From: an uncultured Acidobacteriota bacterium
GTDB lineage: Bacteria; Acidobacteriota; Thermoanaerobaculia; UBA5066; Gp7-AA6
Direction of reading: 5' to 3'
DNA length: 64,000 bases
Assembly (NCBI GenBank): GCA_963825175.1
Contig: CAWGSA010000001.1
Location: 1,116,706-1,180,705, forward strand
This document shows, in pieces, positions 57,467 through 64,000 of this stretch. A program made the position numbers and the translations under genes. A model generated the notes under the pieces. The model made no database searches and was not told where the DNA came from. It saw nothing but the letters and a program-made list of their open reading frames with translations. Position 1 is the first letter of the stretch, and each line of letters opens with the position of its first letter.

Positions 57467-57844
57467 TCAGTACCGTCCGAAGTAGCGCGTGATGTCGAAG
57501 TAGAACGTCTTCTCCGTCCCGTCGGAGAGCACCACCATCACCTGATCGAAGGTCCGGCCGTTTTCCTGGACCACCAGGTTCTGCCGCTTGCGCTTGGCGT
57601 CGCCGAAGTGCGCGCGGATCCAGGCGTACTCCCAGGCCACTCCTTCGCTCTCCGTGTCTCGGGGCACCGGGACCGCCTTTTCGATGGACGAACCGTCCGC
57701 CCGGTCGACGTCTGCCGCGGCCGCCGGCGTGGGAGGAGACGGCCTGGGGGGCGACGCCCGCTCCGGCCGGCCCGAGGTCGCGGAGCAACCGACCCACGCG
57801 GTCAGAGCCACGACCCCAACGAGCGGCCGCGGAAGTCTGCGCAT
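57467..57844 (-). CDS. hypothetical lipoprotein
   Basis: Internal start MRRLPRPLVGVVALTAWVGC with a lipobox-like motif. The upstream part of the track ORF is rejected. Confidence 0.4.
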   Translation of the reverse strand: MRRLPRPLVGVVALTAWVGCSATSGRPERASPPRPSPPTPAAAADVDRADGSSIEKAVPVPRDTESEGVAWEYAWIRAHFGDAKRKRQNLVVQENGRTFDQVMVVLSDGTEKTFYFDITRYFGRY

Positions 57845-57939
57845 CGGTGGAAGAATATCGAAAGGCCGCCGGGCCCCCGGGGCAGCGCTCCCAACGCATC
57901 TGGCTCCGGACCCGGTGGCATAGTGTGGAGGGAGGACCG

Positions 57940-58410
57940 ATGACGACAGGCAAGAGTCTTCAGGAGACCTACGCGCCGGGCAACCGCTGCTTCGGCTGCG
58001 GGCCGGCCAACGAGAAGGGTTTGAGGATCGCAAGCTTCATCCAGGGGGAAGAGTGCGTGTGCGACTGGAAACCGCAGCCGCATCACCTTGCCTTCCCCGG
58101 CGCCGTCAACGGCGGGATCTGCGGCGCCCTGCTCGACTGCCACAGCAACTGGACCGCGGCGCACCACCTGATGCGCAAGGCCGGAGCGGCCGAGCTTCCG
58201 TCCACGGTGACCGCCGACTTTCACGTGAAGTTGAAGCGCGTGACCCCGATGGACGCCATGCTCCATCTGCGAGCGCACGTCGTCGAATCGACCGACGACA
58301 GGGCGGTCGTCGAAGCCGAGATCTCCGCCAACGGCAAGGTCACCGCCACGTGCCGCGGAACTTTCGTGGCGGTCCCGGAAGGACATCCCGCACACCATCG
58401 GTGGGAATAA
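57940..58410 (+). CDS. PaaI/hotdog-fold thioesterase
   Basis: ATG verified, with SD GGAGGGAGGA upstream. Motifs NGGICGALLD and CRGTF. Confidence 0.7.
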   Translation: MTTGKSLQETYAPGNRCFGCGPANEKGLRIASFIQGEECVCDWKPQPHHLAFPGAVNGGICGALLDCHSNWTAAHHLMRKAGAAELPSTVTADFHVKLKRVTPMDAMLHLRAHVVESTDDRAVVEAEISANGKVTATCRGTFVAVPEGHPAHHRWE

Positions 58411-58417
58411 CCGTCGC

Positions 58418-58575
58418 TTCCGCTCGATCGGGATCTGCGCTACGCGCACCGGCGTTCGGCTCGCCCAAAGGGGCTCGACCGAACGCCTGATCCCTCCCTC
58501 GCTCTCGCTCCCGCGGCGCTCGCCTCCTCCTTCGCTTCCGCTCAGGAGACTACGCGCGCCGCGAACCAGGCCTGA
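58418..58575. repeat. compact copy of the REP/MITE-like family
   Basis: CCGCTCGATCGGGATCTGCG, then hairpin GGCGTTCGG-CTCGCCCAAAGGGGCTCGA-CCGAACGCC at 58451-58487. Confidence 0.8.
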
Positions 58576-58595
58576 TCGAACCTCAAAGCGTAAGA

Positions 58596-58656
58596 GTCTC
58601 CGCCTCACGCCTCACGCCTTACGCCTCTCGCCTTACGCCTTACGCCTTACGCCCTT
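58596..58656. repeat. array of about 6 CCTCACGCC / CCTTACGCC nonamers abutting the stop codon of the DUF4097 gene
   Basis: cgcctcacgcctcacgccttacgcctctcgccttacgccttacgccttacgccc. Confidence 0.7.
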
Positions 58657-60166
58657 AACGCTTCAAGATCTCGATCGTGCCGTTGCTGTCGGTGAGCGTC
58701 ATCGGGCAGCGGCCGTCGCCAATCTTCCCCGACAATGACTCGCCGGAAACGTCTCCGGAGGTCGAGATGGGAAGGTCGCTGTGGATCCGTCCGAACGAGG
58801 TCCGAGCCGTCACGGCGTAGCTGGCGTTCTCCGGCACCGCCACGCGGATGGGAGCGAAGGACGTCTTGACCGAAACCTTCTGACAGGTCTTTCCCGAGAG
58901 GCGCACCTCGACGGTTCCGTTCTGGCTGTCCACGTCGACCGCGCCGGAGACCGACTCGAGCGACGTCGGCCCGAAGGAAGTGCGGACCGAGGCGTCTCCG
59001 GCGATGTCGCTTGCGCGCACGGATCCGTTGGCGTTCTCCACGGTCAATGCGCCGGCGATGCGAGCGGCCTCCGCGGGACCGAAGCTCGTCTTCACGTAGC
59101 TTGCTCCGCCGATGTCGGCGAGCATCACCCTCCCGTTGCCCGAGACGACTCTGGCTCCCTTGCCTACGTGCGTCACATGGATCTCGGCGAAACCGCCATG
59201 CACGTCGGCCGAGCCATCCACGTTGGCGAGCGTGACGGCCCCATTGGAGTCGGAGAGTGTCGCGTCCCCCCCGATGCCCGAGGCGTCGATCTCGCCGAAT
59301 CGGGTGGACAGCCGCGCGCCGCCGCGGACCTCACGCACGACGATGCGGCCATTGGTGTTCTCGACCTCCAGAGATCCGGCGACGCTTCGCACTTCGACCT
59401 TCCCGAAGGAGTTGGTGATCCGGGCCTCACCCCCGACGCCGTCGACCGTGACGTCCCCGTTTCCGTTGGCCACCGTGCAGCGGCGCGCGGCCCTGGTCAC
59501 GCTGACCCTGCCGAAACGATCGGTCACGTCCAGGTCGCCGCCGGCGTCCGCAGCGGTCACCGAGCCGTTGACGTTGACGACGGTCGTCGGACCCGCGCTG
59601 CCCGCGACGTCCACCGACCCAAAGGAGTTCTCGATCCTCGTCGATCCCCGGCCGCTGCGGACCTGGACCTTTCCGTTGCCGTTGACGATGTCCGTCCCCC
59701 CCTTGATTCCCTGCGCGTCCACATCGCCAAAGCGGTTTCGGACCTTCAAGGCCGCCCCTTCCGGCGTCGCGATGTCGTAGTCGACCGAGTAAGAGACGTA
59801 CCCCCGCCCCGAAAAGCTCCATTTTTTCTCCGGGAAGACCGTTCGCACCGAGACGCCGCCCGGCACGGCCTCGACCTCGATGCGAATGTCGTTGGCGAAC
59901 TTCTCCGCCCCTTCGCGATCCGAAGACGAGACACGAATCTTCGCGTCGATGGAAACCTCCGGCTCGGGGTGCGTGCGGACGCGGATGTCGCCGTTGCGAT
60001 GCTCGATCGACAAGGTCTGGCCGGGCTTCAGGGGCAGCGTCTTCTGAAACGTCCGGGCAAATTCCTCCCGGCCGGCCTCGGCCCGGGCGATCGCGGCGGC
60101 CAGGACAATCGCGAGGATCGCGGCCCACCGGGCGACGTGTGTGCGGACACGAGTGCGTGCGTTCAT
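58655..60166 (-). CDS. DUF4097 beta-strand repeat protein (putative adhesin-like)
   Basis: Signal peptide. Repeated NG.I.V...G motifs along the whole length. Start at MNARTRV (CAT complement 60164-60166). Final gene of the ECF sigma / anti-sigma operon. Confidence 0.65.
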   Translation of the reverse strand: MNARTRVRTHVARWAAILAIVLAAAIARAEAGREEFARTFQKTLPLKPGQTLSIEHRNGDIRVRTHPEPEVSIDAKIRVSSSDREGAEKFANDIRIEVEAVPGGVSVRTVFPEKKWSFSGRGYVSYSVDYDIATPEGAALKVRNRFGDVDAQGIKGGTDIVNGNGKVQVRSGRGSTRIENSFGSVDVAGSAGPTTVVNVNGSVTAADAGGDLDVTDRFGRVSVTRAARRCTVANGNGDVTVDGVGGEARITNSFGKVEVRSVAGSLEVENTNGRIVVREVRGGARLSTRFGEIDASGIGGDATLSDSNGAVTLANVDGSADVHGGFAEIHVTHVGKGARVVSGNGRVMLADIGGASYVKTSFGPAEAARIAGALTVENANGSVRASDIAGDASVRTSFGPTSLESVSGAVDVDSQNGTVEVRLSGKTCQKVSVKTSFAPIRVAVPENASYAVTARTSFGRIHSDLPISTSGDVSGESLSGKIGDGRCPMTLTDSNGTIEILKR

Positions 60167-60822
60167 GATTTGACCTCTTGGACGACCTGCTCGAGGGTGC
60201 GCTGCTTTTCCTGGTACATCGCCAGGAGCTCCTTTCGCAGGTGCGTGTTGAAGCTGTTCTGTTCCAGCTGGGACCGGAGATCGGCGATCGCCCCGTCGAT
60301 GAGCTGAATCTTCTCGCGGTACGAAACGAGGAGGGGACTCGTCGGCTCCTTCAGCTTGGGCCCGGCCAGAAGCGACAGGCGCTCGATCGCCGAGACGTAA
60401 CGCTCCTCCGACTTCTCCACGTCCGACAGCGCGTTCTCCGTCAACAGCGGCTCCTGGAGGTTTCGGGCCGGAATCAGCTCCCGCTCTCCGAGGCTCGGGC
60501 GGAAGACCTGAAGGCCGATCATCGCGACGACGAAGAGAACGGCCGCCGCGGCGAGCGGGAGCCAGGACCGGAAGAAATGGCGCCCGGGTGCCGGCCCGGC
60601 GGCGGATCGCGAGGCCGGCGCTCCGATCTCCTTCTCGATCCGGGACCACATCTGCCCGCTCTCCCATTCCTTCCTCAAGGACGGCGCTGCCTGGGAGATC
60701 GCGTGCCACAACGCGAGCCGCTCGCGGCATGGCTCGCAGCCCCGCCCGTGCGCTTCCAGCTCGGCCCAGACCGCCTCGCCGCCCCGGGCCAGAACGTCGT
60801 CGAAGCGCCCGCAAGCCCTCAT
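60163..60822 (-). CDS. anti-sigma factor (zinc-finger, single TM)
   Basis: HGRGCEPCRERLALWH ZAS-like motif, one TM helix (LPLAAAAVLFVVAMIGLQVF), periplasmic coiled-coil tail. Start overlaps the sigma gene stop (ATGA). Confidence 0.55.
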   Translation of the reverse strand: MRACGRFDDVLARGGEAVWAELEAHGRGCEPCRERLALWHAISQAAPSLRKEWESGQMWSRIEKEIGAPASRSAAGPAPGRHFFRSWLPLAAAAVLFVVAMIGLQVFRPSLGERELIPARNLQEPLLTENALSDVEKSEERYVSAIERLSLLAGPKLKEPTSPLLVSYREKIQLIDGAIADLRSQLEQNSFNTHLRKELLAMYQEKQRTLEQVVQEVKS

Positions 60823-61457
60823 GCCCGAGCCTCCCGCTCCTGCCACAGTCGACGCTGGAGCTCGCGCTTGGCCTCGAAGAGCAGAGACCGCGACGTCGCC
60901 TCCGGCACCCCGAGAATGTCGCCGACTTCCCGATGGCTGAAGCCCTCGACCTCGAAGAGGAGGAAGGCCGTGCGCCGCTTGGGATCCAGGGCGGTCAAAG
61001 ACGCCTCGAGATCCAGGCGCAGCGGGTGGTCCGCCTGCGCCGCGGCGGTCTCGAGCGCTCCCGCGGCATCGAGCGATGGTGCCGAAGTCTCGAATGCGCG
61101 CGAGCGCCGGCGCAGCGCGTCGTAGCACGTATTGACCAGGACCCGGTAAGCCCACGTCGAAATCCTGGCAGAGCCGCGGAAAGACGGCGCGGCCCGGTAG
61201 ATCTTCAGGAACGTTTCCTGAACCGCGTCCTCGGCGTCGGGGCGACTGCCCAGGAGGTTGGCGGCGAGGCTCTTCATCCGCGCTCCGTGAGACTGGTAGA
61301 GCCGCTCGAAAGCGGATACGTCTCCCCGGCGGCAGGCTTCGAGAAGGTCCGCCTCGGACTCGGACGCCGCCCCTCCATCAGTCTCTTGCCCCAGGGAGTC
61401 CCTCCTCTCCCGTGGAACGACGGGCAGCCCATTCTGCAACGCAAAGGCAGGCGCCAC
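60819..61457 (-). CDS. RNA polymerase ECF-type sigma-70 factor
   Basis: Region 2 DAVQETFLKIYRAA...WAYRVLVNTC. Region 4 LFEVEGFSHREVGDILGVPEATSRSLLFEAKRELQ. Confidence 0.85.
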   Translation of the reverse strand: MAPAFALQNGLPVVPRERRDSLGQETDGGAASESEADLLEACRRGDVSAFERLYQSHGARMKSLAANLLGSRPDAEDAVQETFLKIYRAAPSFRGSARISTWAYRVLVNTCYDALRRRSRAFETSAPSLDAAGALETAAAQADHPLRLDLEASLTALDPKRRTAFLLFEVEGFSHREVGDILGVPEATSRSLLFEAKRELQRRLWQEREARA

Positions 61458-61482
61458 ACTGTTTCATCCTTTCCACCCGTTG

Positions 61483-61508
61483 AGACGCCCGGGCCGGGCG
61501 ATTCGTTG
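61483..61508 (-). promoter_or_regulatory. candidate ECF-type autoregulated promoter (AAC-N17-CGTC)
   Basis: Minus strand caacgaatcgcccggcccgggcgtctcaa, about 35 nt upstream of the sigma ATG. Confidence 0.3.
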
Positions 61509-61539
61509 GGGGCATCGGAGGCCGTTATAGAGTCGCCAC

Positions 61540-62058
61540 GTGCGCGGCGTTCTGCTCCGGCCGGCCGGAGCGGTCCTTCTTCTGCTTCTTCCGTCCCTGG
61601 CGCAGGGCCAGCGGGCCATCTTCGTCGTGCGCCACGCGGAGAAGGCGACCGAATCCAATGACCCGCCTGTGCCCCTGTCGCCCGCCGGGACCGAGCGCGC
61701 CCGACGGCTGGCGGCCATGCTGAAGGACGCCGGCGTCACCGCGATTTTCGCGACGGACTTCGTGCGGACGCGGGCGACGGCGCAGCCCCTGGCCGAGATG
61801 CGTCACGTCGCGGTTCGGATCTACGCCCCCAAGGACGCGCAGGGGCGGCCCACGGCGGAGCCGCTTCTCCAGCAGCTTCATAAGCTCCGCTCCGACGACG
61901 TCGCGCTCGTCGTCGGCCACGGCGACACGGTGCCGGTTCTCCTCCAGGGCCTCGGTGTCGCGGAGCCGATTGCGATCGGCGGCGGCGAGTACGACAACCT
62001 CTTCGTGGTCGTGCCGCAACCCGGCGGACGTCCGCTCCTGCTTCGCCTGCGCTTCTGA
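61540..62058 (+). CDS. histidine phosphatase family protein (SixA/phosphoglycerate mutase-like), secreted
   Basis: Signal peptide, then IFVVRHAEK (RHG-type catalytic motif). Confidence 0.65.
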   Translation: MRGVLLRPAGAVLLLLLPSLAQGQRAIFVVRHAEKATESNDPPVPLSPAGTERARRLAAMLKDAGVTAIFATDFVRTRATAQPLAEMRHVAVRIYAPKDAQGRPTAEPLLQQLHKLRSDDVALVVGHGDTVPVLLQGLGVAEPIAIGGGEYDNLFVVVPQPGGRPLLLRLRF

Positions 62059-62147
62059 CGTCACCGCCCTCCAGCGACCACTTCGACGGCCGCCGGTTCC
62101 ACAATCGGGAGCGTGACGAAAGAACGCTCTTCGATTTTCTTCGCTGG

Positions 62148-63038
62148 ATGCGCAAGCGCCGCCCGGGCGCGTGGCGGCCGTTCATCGACGCGCCGCCGGG
62201 ACCAGCGCCGCCGCGCCGCGTGGCCGACCTGCGCGTGACTTTCGTCAACCACGCGACTCTGCTGGTCCAGGCCGGCGACGTCAACATCTTGACCGACCCG
62301 GTCTGGTCCGAACGCGTCTCCCCCGTCCCGTGGATCGGCCCGCGCCGCCGGCGGCCGGCCGGGATCCGCTGGCGCGACCTGCCGCAGATCGATCTGGTTC
62401 TGGTGTCGCACGATCATTACGACCACCTGGATCTGCCCACGCTGAGGGCTCTGGAACGCCGCGACCGGCCCGACTTCTTCTGCGGGCTCAAAGTCGGAGA
62501 GCTGCTGCGCCGGCAAGGGTTTTCGCAGGTCCTGGAGCTCGACTGGTGGCAGAGCGTTCCTGCCCGGCCGGGCCTCTCCGTGACGTCGGTTCCCGCCGAG
62601 CATTTCTCCGGCCGCGGCCCGATCCTGCGCAATCGCACGCTGTGGACCGGATTCGTCCTGTCCGGGTCCGCGGGCGGAGTCTATTTCGCCGGCGACACGG
62701 GATGGGGCCCGCACTTCGCCGAGATCGGGCGCCGCGCCGGGCCGATCCGTCTGGCGCTTCTGCCGATCGGTGCCTCCAGGCCGGAGTGGTTCATGGGTCC
62801 GGTGCACCTTTCGCCGTCGCAGGCGCTCGACGCGCACCGGGATCTCGACGCGGGCACCTCCGTCGGGATGCACTACGGCACGTTCCGCCTGGCCGACGAC
62901 GGGCAGGACGAGCCGGCGGCGGAGATCGAACGGCTCCTGGCCAGCGCCGCCCCTGCGCCCCCGCGCTTCTGGCTCCTCGAGCACGGCGAGGGTCGCGACG
63001 TGCCGTCGCCTTCGCTGCGCGCGGATCCTGCGCCCTGA
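62148..63038 (+). CDS. MBL fold metallo-hydrolase (COG2220-like)
   Basis: VSHDHYDHLD (HxHxDH) motif. The in-frame upstream region encodes a conserved-looking GRRFHNRE segment but has no ATG/GTG/TTG start. Confidence 0.7.
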   Translation: MRKRRPGAWRPFIDAPPGPAPPRRVADLRVTFVNHATLLVQAGDVNILTDPVWSERVSPVPWIGPRRRRPAGIRWRDLPQIDLVLVSHDHYDHLDLPTLRALERRDRPDFFCGLKVGELLRRQGFSQVLELDWWQSVPARPGLSVTSVPAEHFSGRGPILRNRTLWTGFVLSGSAGGVYFAGDTGWGPHFAEIGRRAGPIRLALLPIGASRPEWFMGPVHLSPSQALDAHRDLDAGTSVGMHYGTFRLADDGQDEPAAEIERLLASAAPAPPRFWLLEHGEGRDVPSPSLRADPAP

Positions 63039-63135
63039 CGGGCGCACCGGCGTTTGGCTCGCCCAAAGGGGCTCAACCAAACGCCTGGCCCCGTGCTCGC
63101 TCCGGCTCCCCGCGGCGCGCGACTCCTCCCTTGGT
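63035..63135. repeat. copy of the REP/MITE-like family
   Basis: Hairpin GGCGTTTGG-CTCGCCCAAAGGGGCTCAA-CCAAACGCC at 63049-63085, followed by GCTCCGGCTCCCCGCGGCG. Confidence 0.75.
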
Positions 63136-63240
63136 TACTGCGGGAGCTTCGCGCGCCGCGGACGAGGGCTGGCCCCGGCGGCCTTCGTGCCTCCGAGCGA
63201 AGGTCGCGCGCAGATCACGAATCGGAGCGGAGGCGACGGC

Positions 63241-64000
63241 CTACGCGGCCGCGGTGTGGCTGCTCTTCTCGATCTCGGAGACGACCACGGGCCACCCGTC
63301 GCGGACGCTTCCGTAGCGCGGCGCCCAGGCCGACGCGGCGCGCAGCTTCCGGTTGGAGATCCGTTCCGATCGCCCGAGAAGTTGGCCAGTCGAGCCGAGG
63401 AGACGGAAGGTCCAGGCCGGCGCAAATCGGGGGCGCTCCACGCCGAGCGCGCCGGCGAGCGCGTCGAAGTACTCCCGCCGCGTCACCGGCTCGTCGTCGC
63501 TGACGTTGTAGACGCCGGGCGGCAAGGCGAGAGCCGCGAGCGCCGCCGCGGCCGCGTCGTCGTGGGACACCGAGGCGACGAACGCCTCCGGCTTTCCGGG
63601 CAACGGCACCCAGCCGCGCCGCACCAGACGGATCATGTCGATCGAGAACAGCGAATCCGGTCCATAGAAACCGGCAAAACGCAGAACGACGCCCGCGCCT
63701 CCGGCTGTCGTGAAGCGGACGGCGGATCGCTCGGCGTCGGCGACCGTGCGGTTGTAGCGGGTGGGCTCGAGCGGCGTGTCCTCGGAGATCCATTCCGCGC
63801 CGCGGTCCGGATAGACCGGCGCAAACGACTCCTGCACGAAGCGCCTGACGCCGCCCGCGAGTGCCGCGTCCACCAGATTGGCGGATCCCTCGCGCCGGAT
63901 GCGGTCGTTCTCCTTCCAGGCGCCGGGCAGAAACACGCGCGAGGACGACGCGGGCATGTGCGTGGCGAGATTGTAAACAGCGTCATGGCCGGCCACGGCG
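63241..64000 (-). CDS. NAD-dependent epimerase/dehydratase family protein; N-terminal part runs off the window
   Basis: Partial ORF with ...DAVYNLA...; the start lies beyond the window end. Confidence 0.65.
   Translation of the reverse strand, partial: AVAGHDAVYNLATHMPASSSRVFLPGAWKENDRIRREGSANLVDAALAGGVRRFVQESFAPVYPDRGAEWISEDTPLEPTRYNRTVADAERSAVRFTTAGGAGVVLRFAGFYGPDSLFSIDMIRLVRRGWVPLPGKPEAFVASVSHDDAAAAALAALALPPGVYNVSDDEPVTRREYFDALAGALGVERPRFAPAWTFRLLGSTGQLLGRSERISNRKLRAASAWAPRYGSVRDGWPVVVSEIEKSSHTAAA

Overview
64 kb of densely coding, very GC-rich (about 70%) chromosomal DNA. The gene content suggests Acidobacteriota or a related soil lineage, but taxonomy cannot be fixed from sequence alone. 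Working only by eye from the sequence and the ORF track, I support about 60 protein-coding genes. They include a citrate synthase, DinB, a fused E1 oxo-acid dehydrogenase, a Cys/Met PLP enzyme, a MacAB-like efflux operon with two FtsX permeases, an ECF sigma / anti-sigma / DUF4097 module, an ImuA-ImuB mutagenesis pair, a Ser/Thr kinase, and several regulators (ArsR, TetR, XRE) and peptidases. I saw no rRNA, tRNA, CRISPR, transposase or integrase. The high GC creates many long spurious ORFs in the six-frame track, including antisense frames of about 1000 aa and frames running through repeat elements; I did not annotate these. The most interesting item is missing from the ORF track: a 53-aa Lys-rich/Gly-rich peptide gene (1666..1827) with a strong Shine-Dalgarno sequence, 17 nt upstream of a radical SAM/SPASM enzyme that carries an N-terminal RRE-like extension. 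This is a candidate undescribed RiPP precursor-maturase pair. I also find a dispersed, structured REP/MITE-like repeat family with compensatory stem mutations, at least 9 copies in the window. Several operon spacers carry short tandem 8-19 bp motif arrays. There is a 200-bp nested inverted-repeat structure upstream of an FKBP gene. An M28 peptidase gene has an apparent frameshift. Several palindromic operator candidates are noted.
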